A stretch of 64,000 nucleotides of DNA from Octopus bimaculoides (lineage: Eukaryota), in contig NC_068984.1 of assembly GCF_001194135.2 (NCBI RefSeq), forward strand, positions 6,199,058 through 6,263,057. Reading direction: 5' to 3'. The notes beneath the pieces were generated by a model. The model was not told the DNA's origin and searched no databases. It saw only the letters and a list, made by a program, of their open reading frames with translations. Made by a program: the position numbers and the translations under genes. Positions 12,601-23,914 of this stretch are shown one piece after another. Position 1 is the first letter of the stretch, and the number at the start of each line of letters is the position of its first letter.

Positions 12601-14399
12601 GTCGGATCAGGCAAATTATTTCCTGTTCATTTCAACTATTTTTTACAAAATGATCAACTCACAAAAGTATCCATTTCCAACCACAATATTCATCAAACAA
12701 ACTAAAAATTTCTAACAAGTGGAAATTGTACTTCAGGATGTGAAAAATGCAGAAAATTTTTTGAATGCTAGAAAAGCGCTTCTGCAATGGATGCCAATAT
12801 GGCTGAAAGATAGTATAAAAAGCTGTCTCAAGATATCAGAATGGTCTTCTCCAGGTTCTTTTCAATCAGAAAAGAAGTATTTCAACTTACCCCACATTTC
12901 AAATAACTCCATTTTCTCCTAGCATTCTGCTTGCTGCCACAAAGACGATGGAAGCGAAAATATAAACAGAACTGAAGTAAGTTGATATATGAAACAAGCT
13001 GAAAACTGCTCCTTAAAAAGTTTCATGGCTGTAGTTATATTTACTCATAAACGTCAAATCATCACTGATCAACAAAACAGGTGATACCACAGGAAGGAAA
13101 ACATACAAAACTGGTGTGTTATGATCTCTGAAATATTGAAAACTAACAGTGTTCTTGGTGCTCCCTTATCAGATTACCCACTCTGTTGTAATGATAAAAA
13201 CAAGAGCTGTCACTAAGAGAAGAGAAAGAGGTCTATATGTTTTTGTAACAACACATGGTACATAAAAGAAAGTTATTGTTCGCCAGCCTTCTCTTTTCAA
13301 CACATGCCTTTCTAAATGTTAAGTGAAATTATGATAGCTGTTACAACTGTTGCACATACTTAATTAGAATGTAAAACTGGCTCCAAGTGATTTATTTGAT
13401 TCATTCAGATGTTTCTACCAACAGGAACTGGAAACTGTTCTACTAAAATTTCATCAAAACAAAACACAACACTTCTTGTGAATCCATTGGGTGATATTTA
13501 TGTAATCATAGCTAATTCATTCAATGCCACACTACAGCAATACCACATACCGTCCCATTTTAACTTCTGCATATAAATTTTTACTCAGAAGAATAGGACC
13601 TACACAAAGATTGTAAAACATTGAATGCAAGAAAGAATCATTGAAATACAGGATTATTTTAATTAAAGTAGTCTGGTTCATATCAAGGCATAGTTTTTTT
13701 TTTAATGAACAGTTGAGGAAGACATGGAATCAAACAAACTTGCCTATGATTAACAGATTGGTGTGGCCATCTTTGTGATATATTTGCTTAGGAACTCATT
13801 GAGAAATCATGAAGTCTGGTTGTTGTTGTTGCTGTTTAGACCCATTTTGACTCTGATTCAGCAAACTTATAATTAAAAGTATTCTAGCCATGACCATCCC
13901 ATTTTTTTTGGTATCACATACCTACTGTTATGTAATTCAATATAGTCTTAGGTATTATATTTTACATAGACTACTGAGATGAATGTCTTTGCCCAGGACC
14001 TTACTGATATTGTGCTTATCTTCTATAAATGTCAGTGACAGGGACAGAATTCTCTCATTAGTCAGATCCACGGCTTTTTCTGGTGGAGGTAGATTGGCAG
14101 CCACTGCACCCGCTTATTGCAGTGAGTGAAATGCACATTGTAGTTGTTCTCCAAGTTCTATCACTGAACATTTGAGTATGTTTTGATGTGCAGTTTTACT
14201 GTGTACACTAATCAGAAAAGGCCAGGCAATGAGGAGAAAGAAACAAAACCACAGAGAGAGTTGCTCCTTATTGAAAACACGATTACTACATATACTAACT
14301 AGCCACCCTAACGAGCTGCGCACATTTTTGCTCTCTATGAAATTTAAATTCCTCACCTACAAAAAATGACCTTGTAGTTAAGAAACTTAATTATAATCA

Positions 14400-14620
14400 T
14401 TATCATCATTGTCATTGTCATATCCATTTTTCCATGCTGGCATGGGTTGGCTGGAATTCAATGATGGTTGGGTGCCCTTCCTGTCACAAAGTCTCACTTG
14501 TTTCCAAATAATGTAATATTTCCTTTTAGCTGGACATGGTTTCACAGAAAACTGGAAATGAAGGACATCACTTGTATGACAGTGACATCAATTTACAACT
14601 ATCATACAAATTCAAGGAAA
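14400..14620 (-). mobile_element. Old interspersed repeat with an RTE-type 3' end (second copy ~17140-17350)
   Basis: Both copies share TTTCC..CATGGGTTGG..GGAATT..CACTTGTTTC..TAATATTTCC..ACATG..AGAAAA..AATGA. Confidence 0.55.
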
Positions 14621-14719
14621 AGGGACATATACACATGCACAAACCTAGCAAATATACATATATGTATGCACACACATGCACACACGTGCGCACGCACACA
14701 CATACACACACACATGATA

Positions 14720-14870
14720 GCTGTCTTTCAATTTCTTTCAACTGAATCTAGTCATGAGGCTTTGGTTTCCCTTGGGCTGTAGTAGAAGATATTTGTCCAT
14801 AGTACCACCCAGCAGGACTGAACCTGTAACTGTTTGGTTGGGAAACTGACTTCATCACACAGCCATGCAC
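14720..14870 (-). mobile_element. Family-1 tRNA-SINE, degenerate 5' half
   Basis: GGCTTTGGTTTCCCTTGGGCTGTAGTAGAAGATATTTGTCC..GGACTGAACC..CACACAGCCATGC. Confidence 0.65.
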
Positions 14871-15932
14871 TTTGTGTATTATTTTGTGCTTTTATCTGAG
14901 AATTGATGAGTATTCATTGACGTTAACACTTGCATCATTCCTGTTTCTGAAAATCATTAGTTCTTTTTTTAAATATGTATTGAGTTAACATGGTAATAAC
15001 TGGGGTCTCAGAGCTCTCAATGACTTACGTATGGAGAGACAATGATGCTGATGATAATACTAATATTAGAAATAGTATTTCATATTGTAATAATTAGCAT
15101 GTTGAAGACACTATTCTTTGTAAATAATGCTTGAAATCTTGGATCAATCACCTCATGAAAGAAAACTTAAATATTCCATACAGTCTCAGTCTAGCAATTC
15201 TGGTCTGTTTATAGAACAATGTAACCTAACCTTCCCATATGTTTCCAATTTTCTCACATTTCAAATCAACAATGGGAATAAAAATCCCACAACACTAATG
15301 TATATATCAACAGCGTCAATATAAAGAACATACACCTTCTGTTAGTTTTTTCAGGGAATCCTTACATAAAGTTTTTTTTTATTTTTATTTTTTGAAATTT
15401 ATCTACACATGACTATCTATTTTTATTATTGTTGTCAGGGCAGTGGTATACAGGCAAATTTTATGTCATTTGTGACCTTGAAAAAGAAGTCAAGAATATT
15501 ATATTTTCAATGTGTAAGTCAATAGTTATAAGTGCCAGATGTTATGGTGTTATTGTTGTGCTGTCATTCAGTTTCATTTGCATTTCACTTAGAATGATAA
15601 TGGCCTTGGAAAAAAAAAAGGCATGAATTTCACAACTTTCCATATGCAACATGTGCCAAATATTGCAGTTTCTATACATAATAGGTGCGAGTATAATGTA
15701 CCAAACTATAAAACCTTTTACTCTTGAGTTCTTATTCATTTGTTGGTGTCTTTTTCTACGCAGAAGAGGTGACTGTATTATCTACCACACTATAAATCAA
15801 TTATTCCCAAGTTCACATACAGCTGCATGTGTTCATGCAGTACCTTTACCAAGGGTCTTTAGTATAACTTCAAATCAATGAAAACCTTGTGACTGAAATG
15901 CAGCAGAGAGGTACTAGACAAATGCCTGTCAA

Positions 15933-17015
15933 TCATCATCATCATCGTTTAACGTCTGTTTTCCATGCTAGCATGGGTTGGATTGTTCGACCGGGGTCTG
16001 CGAAGCCAGGAGGCTGCACTAGGCTCCAGTCTGATCTAGCAGTGTTTCTTCAGCTGGATGCCCTTCCTAACGCCAACCACTCCATGAGTGTAGTGGGTAC
16101 TTTTTACATGCCACTGGCACAGGGGCCAGGGGGGGGGGTTAGTAATGGCCATGATCGGTTGGTGCTTTTNNNNNNNNNNGGGGGGGGGGGTAGTAATGGC
16201 CATGATCGGTTGGTGCTTTTTACATGCCACCAGCAAGGAAGCCAGTCAAGGTGGCACTGGCATCAGCCATGTTCGGATGGTGCTTTTTACATGCCACCAG
16301 CATGGGTATCACAACTAAAATTTCCATTTGATTTTTATTTTGATGTTGATGTACTTGACTCAATGTCTCCTAAAGCACAGCAGGTCACCCTACGATCCAA
16401 GGTACTTGAATTGGCTGGGGCTGGTTATTTGAAGCTGGTGTAGGATACAGCCGTGAACTCACTTTATTTGCTGTGTCTTCTCAGTCACAGCATATCTCCA
16501 GAGGTCTCGGCCTTTTGTCATTGCCTCTGTGAGGCCCAACATTCAAAGGTCGTGCTTGACCACCTCATCTCATGTCTTTCTGGGTCTACTTCTACCCCGG
16601 ATTCCTTCAACTGTTTGGGAGTGGCACTTCTTCACACATCTCTCCTCATCCATTCATAGTACATGACCATACCAGCGCAAACGTCTCTCTTGCACACCAC
16701 ATCCTATGCTTCTTATGTCCAACATTTCTCTCCGGGCGTTTATACTCTGTTGTGTGTGTACACTGACATTACACATCCAGCGGATCATGCTAGCTTCATT
16801 TCTTTCAAAACTACGCATGTCCTCCACAGTCACGGCCCATGTTTCACTGCCGTGAAGCATGGCAGTTTGCACACATGCATCGTACAATCTACCTTTCACT
16901 CTGAGCGAGAGACCCTTTGTCACCAGTAGGGGTAGAAGCTTTTTGAACTTTTCCCGGGCTATTCTTATTCTAGTGGTAACACACTCTGAGCATCCACCTT
17001 CACTACTAACTGCAG
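15933..17015 (-). mobile_element. 5'-truncated RTE-clade LINE: ORF2 C-terminus, long 3' UTR and (GAT)n tail
   Basis: GGCSECVTTRIRIAREKFKKLLPLLVTKGLSLRVKGRLYDACVQTAMLHGSETWAVTVEDMRSFERNEASMIRWMC..ERRLRWYGHVL is the typical RTE post-RT region (YGSETW, RRLRWYGHV). Its 3' UTR defines the tail found throughout the window. Confidence 0.93.
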
Positions 17016-17366
17016 CTCATCTAACCGAACTGCTTCTCATCTAACCGAACTACATCTTATCTAAGCAGATTTTCTCCCTAATGAGAGGGGCTATGACCCT
17101 CTCCTTGACCTTCATTACCTGATCCAGCTGGCAGGATTAATGTAGTTTTAAGTCCACGTTTCCTTACATTTATGGGTTGGATGGAATTCTGTGAGTCAGG
17201 TTTGCTATATCCAGATGTCCTTTCTATTACCATTCCTTACTTGTTTCTAAGTAAGGTAATATTTCCCCATGACCTGATACATTTTTGTAGAAAATAGGAT
17301 AGAATGATACTAACTATATGGCAGTGACTCTCATTTAGAACTATCTTGTAATGTTAAAACAAATAG

Positions 17367-17404
<38 letters not shown>

Positions 17405-17519
17405 ATACACATACACACTTGAAACTGAAGCAACATAATTGCAAAGCGAACTCGTTAACCACACATCCAAAATATATTTACACACAAATAGTTATATAAA
17501 AACACAATTTCTATCATAT

Positions 17520-17554
<35 letters not shown>

Positions 17555-18661
17555 AGAATATATGAAAGAAATTGTGTTTTGAGTGATAAAACGGATTTAT
17601 ATTGCAGAGAAATAGTTTCATCCATTTGAATATTTTAATTAATATTGGGTCAAATAATTCTTCTAATTATGTAACGGAATGAGAGTGGGTGTACAGCAAA
17701 TATAGTCCTACTTAGTGTATTGCTTGGTTTAGTTTAAATATTATGAAGAAATAATATATCAGTCTCCTAATGATTTATGGTCTAAATCCATAATTACCCT
17801 GTTAACTGCTTATCACTGGTTGCTTGCTTGCCAAGTATTTAAACATTGGGTTTAATACTAGAGGCCTACAACCACAGAACTTGCTGCTGAGGGCAGAGAT
17901 GTGTGATATAGTAGGAGGAGGTTAAATGATAAGAGGTAACTCATACTGCTTATGTTATGTCTAATAATAAATGCATGAGGAATTGGATGATGGGGAAAGA
18001 TAATTCATACATACAATAGATGAAGAGCTTAGTTGGCCACTCAGCATTAAATCTATTGTTTACAACAATTTCCTCATATCAATAATGTCTTCCAGAGACT
18101 TATGAACCTCACAACTCCCATTTATGCTATAGTGAAATCAAGAGAGAGAATTGTTTACCCATCGATGGATACAAACTGGAGATATTTATGTTTTTACTTA
18201 TCACAGTTTTGCACAAGTTAAATTGTCCTTCCTGTGTAGACAAAAAAAATTCCAGCTGTTGACATTCTATCCTTTTTAGTTCTCAAAAATACACTAAGAA
18301 TTTATTATCATCCAATATAAGCTTTTTTAGAAAGATGGTGTGGTGTGATCTGAGGGTAATTTGGCAGCAATTTCTAGAAGGTTAATTGACTATAAATAGG
18401 CTCCCATTACTGATATGTAATGGTCACTGTTGGGTTAACTATGCTTGACTTAGTCTAAACTACAAAGGTAGCTATTAATTCATTCAGATAAAAGAGAAAT
18501 AGTTTACATTGTAAACATCACATCAATTGAATAGTGAACAAAAATTGACAAGAAGCAAGTGAAACTTTGAAATGGCAGAGTAGAAACAATTAGACAGACT
18601 AAAAGGATTGGATTCATTCACAGAAAATAAAGTAAAAGGAACCACTGAAGGAAATAGGTTT

Positions 18662-18900
18662 TCTTTTATACTTTTACTTGTTTCAAGTCATTTGACTGCG
18701 GCCATGCTGGAGCACCGCCTTTAGTCGAGCGAATCAACCCAGGACTTATTCTTTGTAAGTCTAGTAATTATTCTATTGGCCTCTTTTTGCCAAACTGCTA
18801 AGTTATGGGGATGTAAACACACCAGCATCAGTTGTCAAGCAATGTGCGGTNNNNNNNNNNNNNGGGGGGGGGGGGACAAACACACATACACAAACATAGA
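18662..18900 (-). mobile_element. Family-1 tRNA-SINE, 3' half
   Basis: TTTTACTTGTTTCAAGTCATTTGACTGCGGCCATGCTGGAGCACCGCCTTTAGTCGAGC, shared with 33260, 43815, 53880 and 56143. Confidence 0.85.
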
Positions 18901-18999
18901 TGTTCATGATCCAAGTTGTTTCTTATTTGGGACTTTCACCTTGCATAGACTTGCTCTTAAACCAGTGAATTTTAAAAGTTTAAAATAAATATTGGCCAT

Positions 19000-19124
19000 A
19001 ATTTACATTTGATGGATATTTGTCCTCATCTTGTTTGTTGTTAACACAACATTTCAGCTAATATACCCTCCAGCCTTCATCAGGTGTCTTGGGGAAATTT
19101 CAAACCTGGGTTGTCATTCCTAAG

Positions 19125-19126
<2 letters not shown>
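19000..19126 (-). mobile_element. Family-3 (Penelope-pLTR/hammerhead) SINE body, copy A, 3'-truncated, no tRNA head
   Basis: Near-identical to 45618-45800 and to the reverse complement of 19660-19836. Confidence 0.9.
19043..19088 (-). ncRNA. Minimal type I hammerhead ribozyme motif (CpG-decayed)
   Basis: Minus strand GACAC-CTGATGA-A-GGCTG-GAGGGTATAT-TAGCT-GAAA-TGTT-GTGTT: stem I GACAC/GTGTT, core CTGATGA..GAAA, 5-bp stem II, GTT triplet; the inferred consensus stem III is ACGT. Confidence 0.7.
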
Positions 19127-19174
<48 letters not shown>

Positions 19175-19366
19175 TTTATTATAATTACCTTTGCACAGCT
19201 TCTAATGCTGGAGATGTACTACAGTGTCAGCTGTTCACTCCCAGTGAACTAACACCTCTTATTTTCCGAGCACCTTCAGGAGTATTCGAGCGGTTCCAAG
19301 CAGTGCTGTTTTCTGCATGTGCTCCACCCTTATTGCAGCCCCTGTTTGTTCCACATACTACTCGAG
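19127..19366 (-). mobile_element. R4/Dong-like LINE 3' end with (TAA)n tail
   Basis: YVEQTGAAIRVEHMQKTALLGTARILLKVLGK* (stop at 19259-19261) matches the R4-clade C-terminal motif QKxALLGTARILRKVL; the short 3' UTR runs into (TAA)n. Confidence 0.8.
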
Positions 19367-19515
19367 ATTTTTGCTCACTGTAAAAATGAAGCCCAAGTCA
19401 GTTCCCTCGTTGATACAGTGTATACTTTCAGCGCTGATGTCAGAATGGGTTTCGGACTGAGAAAGTGTTGTGTGTTAGTCTTGAAAAGAGATGAAATCAA
19501 ATGTATGGACGGGTA
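19367..19515 (+). mobile_element. Inverted R4/Dong-like reverse-transcriptase fragment
   Basis: FAHCKNEAQVSSLVDTVYTFSADVRMGFGLRKCCVLVLKR corresponds to the region just after YMDD in R4-clade RTs (KNE..LDSL..TV..FS.DIGM.FG..KC). Confidence 0.75.
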
Positions 19516-19544
19516 ACGATACTGTTGGGGGAGGTTATGAAGCA

Positions 19545-19836
19545 GACAACAACAACAACAGCAACAGCAACAACAACAACAACAACAGCAACAGCAACAG
19601 TAGCAGAGCAGCAACAGCAGCAGCAGCAACAACAACAACGACAACGACAACAAAGACGACGAAAAATACCATAGGAATGAGAACCCGGGTTTGAAATTTC
19701 CCCAAGACATCTAATGAAGGCTGAAGGGTATATCAGCTGAAACATGTTAACAACAAATAAGATGAGGACACATATCTGTCGAATGTAAATAATGTAAATG
19801 ATGTACATAATTCCTCATCTCTTAAATATAGAACTG
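19545..19836 (+). mobile_element. Family-3 SINE body, copy B, preceded by (AAC/AGC)n; complete 3' end
   Basis: GAAAAATACC..GAGAACCC..CCCCAAGACA..GAAGGCTG..CAGCTGAAAC..GATGAGGAC..CTTAAATATAGAACTG. Confidence 0.9.
19706..19748 (+). ncRNA. Decayed hammerhead motif (core mutated to CTAATGA)
   Basis: GACAT-CTAATGA-A-GGCTG-AAGGGTATAT-CAGCT-GAAAC-ATGTT. Confidence 0.5.
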
Positions 19837-20463
19837 AAATATTGGCCATGCTAACTACATCTACACACAACTATATTCCAGTCTAGGAGAGCTGGAAAAG
19901 TTATAGATGCTGCTTTTTCATTCTTAGACCAGATTATAGAAAGAAAACATATCACTGCTCAACATCACTCTTAGCTATAAAAAACAATTAAAGCTAATTA
20001 CCAAAGACCTCCTCTGGATGAACCACTGTGAACTCTATCAAAGACTTTCAATTAATTCTATCTAGATAAAGACACTCTTTTCAGTCATTGTCACTGTTGT
20101 CATTATCATCATCATCATCATCATTACTATTATTATTACTACTGATGTTTCAGCTACCATTCTGCTACAAAGGCAAAGTTTGCTAGATCTATTCTTCAGC
20201 AAATTACCACTTGTTACATTCCTACAATTTTGACATCCATGAAGTCCAGCATCCTGAGATTTTACCTCACCACTTCTTTCCATACCTACCTCAGGCACTC
20301 TCTACATTATTAAATAAGTTAAGTTTTATTTATAACAGACATGGACTTGGAATGATGGTTTTGAACTTACAACAATGAGGTACTGTAATTGCAAAGAATC
20401 AAGTCCAGATCTTCTCACAATAGAAAGGCAGGTCTTGTAATCCAGAGAGTACAAATATTAATA

Positions 20464-20679
20464 CATTTTCTCTACTCTCGGCACAAGGCTTGAAATTTTT
20501 GGGGAGGAGGCCAGTTGATTAGATTGACCCTAGTATGCAACTGGTACTTAATTTATCGACCCTGAAAGGATGAAAGGCAAAGTTGACCTTGGCGGAATTT
20601 CAACTCAGAACATAATGACAGACGGCATTTCGCTAAGCATTTTGCCCAGCGTGCTAACGTTTCTGCCAGCTCACTGCCT
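20464..20679 (-). mobile_element. Family-2 tRNA-SINE (Meta-like central domain), full length, 14-bp TSD
   Basis: Head GGCAGTGAGCTGGCAGAAACGTTAGCACG; central GTCAACTTTGCCTTTCATCCTTTCAGGGTCGATAAATTAAGTACCAG; TSD TACAAATATTAATA at 20450-20463 and 20680-20693. Confidence 0.9.
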
Positions 20680-20709
20680 TACAAATATTAATATATTACT
20701 AATAACGAG

Positions 20710-20999
20710 GTCATTGGCAGTGCCGCTGGACTGGCTCCCGTGCAGGTGGCATGTAAAAAAACACCTTTTTGAGTGTGGCTGTTGCCAGTACTATGTGACT
20801 GGCCCTCATGCTGGTGGCACGTAAAAGCACCCACTACACTCTTGGAGTGGTTGGCGTTAGGAAGAGCATCCAGCTGTAGAAATTCTGCCAGATAAGATTG
20901 GAGCCTGATGCAGCCTTCTGGCTTGCCAGTCCTCAGTCAAATCGTCCAACCCATGCTAGCATAGAAAGCGGACGTTAAACGATGATGATGATGATGATT
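20710..20999 (+). mobile_element. RTE-LINE 3' tail with (GAT)n
   Basis: Tail core followed by CGGACGTTAAACGATGATGATG. Confidence 0.88.
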
Positions 21000-21000
21000 T

Positions 21001-21218
21001 GAAGGCAGTGAACTGATAGAATCATTACCATGCTAGGCAAAATGCTTAGCGGCATTTCATCCAACTTTATGTTCTGAGTTCAAATACTGCTGAGGTTGAC
21101 TTTGCCTTTCATCCTTTCGGTCTTGGTAAAATAGGTACCAGTTGAGCACTGGGGATCAATCTAATCAACTTACTCCCTTCCCTGAACTCACTGGCCTTTT
21201 GCTAAAATCTGAAACCAA
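21001..21218 (+). mobile_element. Family-2 tRNA-SINE, diverged
   Basis: GGCAGTGAACTG..TTCTGAGTTCAAAT..GAGGTTGACTTTGCCTTTCATCCTTTCGG..TACCAGTTGAGCACTGGGG. Confidence 0.8.
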
Positions 21219-21297
21219 TATACATATTACAAGTATTTATTGCATGAAAGCCAAATTTGCCTTTGAAGTGATCTGAATTTAGACAAGTAGGAGTGGT

Positions 21298-21465
21298 GCA
21301 GGAGTGGCTGTGTGGTAAGTAGCTTGCTTACCAAACACATGGTTCCGGGTTCAGTCCCACTGCGTGGCACCTTGGGCAAGTGTCTTCTACTATAGCCTCG
21401 GGCTGACCAAAGCCTTGTGAGTGGATTTGGTAAACGGAAACTGAAAGAAGCCCATCGTATATATG

Positions 21466-21526
<61 letters not shown>
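21298..21526 (+). mobile_element. Family-1 tRNA-SINE (CORE-like block, internal TG microsatellite), young, cut by an N gap
   Basis: A-box-like TGGCTGTGTGG, B-box-like GGTTCAGTCC, then GGCACCTTGGGCAAGTGTCTT; CpGs retained. Confidence 0.9.
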
Positions 21527-23485
21527 NNNNNNNNNNNNNNNNNNNNNNNNNNNNNNNNNNNNNNNNNNNNNNNNNNNNNNNNNNNNNNNNNNNNNNNNNN
21601 NNNNNNNNNNNNNNNNNNNNNNNNNNNNNNNNNNNNNNNNNNNNNNNNNNNNNNNNNNNNNNNNNNNNNNNNNNNNNNNNNNNNNNNNNNNNNNNNNNNN
21701 NNNNNNNNNNNNNNNNNNNNNNNNNNNNNNNNNNNNNNNNNNNNNNNNNNNNNNNNNNNNNNNNNNNNNNNNNNNNNNNNNNNNNNNNNNNNNNNNNNNN
21801 NNNNNNNNNNNNNNNNNNNNNNNNNNNNNNNNNNNNNNAGTAAGTGAAGCATTAAGTTAAATTAATTTAAGAACTGTTTTTATACTGTTATGGCTTATTC
21901 CTACCAGGCTGACCCTGTAATCATTTTTCCCTTTGACACTGCTAATAATACTGGAAAGGTCCATGGACTAAGATTTCAGAGCTTTAACTCATACACAACA
22001 TCAAAATGGCACTGTACATATTTCTGTACGCACTTTACTTTACAAAATTATCAATACAATAGAAAAGTATTACAAAAAACAAAAAGAGAGAGAGAGAGAG
22101 AGAGCTTAATAAAACAATCAATGTACATGCACCCCTAAGCACATGGAGCTGCACTCAGTATTGCATTGAAAACATGCAATAATAACAAAACTATTTAAAT
22201 TATAATGATTTTCAGTGAAGTCGTTGCTGAAGTCAAGCAAACCAACATTATCTTTTGTTTGTTTTTATTGGTGTTCTTATGGATGAAAGTTCAGACGGTT
22301 CTAAACATGTTTGAAATTTTGGAAGTGAGGGCAACAGAATAATATGAAGACAGTGTCTGTGTTTCAGTGTATTTACTAGAGAAGGGTGCTTTCTTGTGAA
22401 TATACACAATTATTTGGCTGTTAATGATAATGATAATGATGGTAGTAGCAATGTTTCAGCCAGGGCAGTGATAATTAAAACGGTGTTGATGATAGTGATG
22501 GTAGTTGAGACGATACTGTTAGTGATGATGTTGACAATGCTTAAGTGAACAGCATGTTGAGATGATGTTGGTGGTGATAACAATGATGATGATGAGCAGG
22601 ATGTGCAGCAGCAGATATGGATGTGGTAATAATGATCTGATTATATGAGAAACTATAGATATTCATTAATCTAGTCATAAGATATTAAGATATGCGACAA
22701 TTGAATTTAAAGTCTGCCTGATCATAGTTAATTGGTTTAATCACTGATATGGAAGTGGCCAGAACATACAATATAGGGTTTCATCACCAGAAATTGGCTA
22801 AATATTGCATTTTTGTTTTTATGCAATAAATGTAAAAGAAACCTTTATGTTGGTATTGTTGTAACTAATTGCTTGTTGCATCAGCACCAACATTCTGTGC
22901 ATATATCAAAGTTGTATCGCTGTGAGGTAATACTAGTCAAGATGTGGAAGAGAATGATGATGATTATGATAATGTGGTGGTGGTGGTGGTGGTACTGGTG
23001 ACAGTGGTGTTGTTGGATGGACTGAGATAAGGATGTTGCAGATATCAGTGATCATGTTGGCATCTGTTTCTTTATGATAGGATGTTGTTGTTCTTTAATC
23101 CCTGATTAAACAGATCCATGATCAAAAGATCTCGAGTACTGATCAGGTCTCCTCTAAAGATAGTAGGGCATGGCTTGGCTGTTACACCTAGACATGTCAA
23201 GCAATCCCTTCAATGGTAACAGACAGTATCGAAAGTAATGACAGTAACAATGGTTGGGGACTAAATGCATGTAGTCCTGAAGGCACAGCACTCAAATAAA
23301 GGACAAGATAGTCATGTCTTATATAATTTCTGTAATGAGGTGTGTGGAATTGTCATTGATCTATATTACCTCATCATTTTATTTATACTTTATTAACTTC
23401 TTTTCCCCATATGTTAAAAGTTACGTCAGCAAAGTAGGCACCATTTGAATTTGAACTTAATATATGTCACAATATACAAAATATT

Positions 23486-23914
23486 CTTTTGTACTCTAGG
23501 CACAAGGCCTGAAATTTTTGGGGAGGGGGCCAGTCGATTAGATCAACCCCAGTATGCAACAGGTACCTAACTTATCAACCTGAAAGGATAAAAGCAAAGT
23601 TGACCTCAACGGAATTTGAACTCAGAATGTAAAGACAGACAAAATACCGCTAAGCAATTCGCCCAGCATGCTAATGTTTCTTATTTCTTTACTGCCCACA
23701 AGGGGCTAAACATAGAGGGGACAAACAAAGACAGACAGAGGGATTAAGTCGATTACATCGACCCCAGTGCATAACTGGTACTTAATTTATCGACCCTGAA
23801 AGGATGAAAGGCAAAGTCGACCTCGGCGGAATTTGAACTCAGAACGTAATGACAAACGAAATACTGCTAAGCATTTCGTCCGGCGTGCTAACGTTTCTGC
23901 CAGCTCACCACCTA
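23486..23914 (-). mobile_element. Dimeric family-2 SINE (two tail subtypes) under one 17-bp TSD
   Basis: Two tandem bodies joined at ~23680; ACAATATACAAAATATT at 23469-23485 and 23915-23931. Confidence 0.88.

Noticed and set aside
13170-13330. LINE RT motif (KTYRPLSLL resembles NYRPISLL)
   Set aside because: Downstream RT motifs (QxGF, DxxKAFD, QG, YADD) are not recognisable in any frame.
16110-16230. Apparent exact local duplication (G-run + TAGTAATGGCCATGATCGGTTGGTGCTTTT)
   Set aside because: The two copies flank a 10-N gap, so this is probably an unmerged contig overlap.
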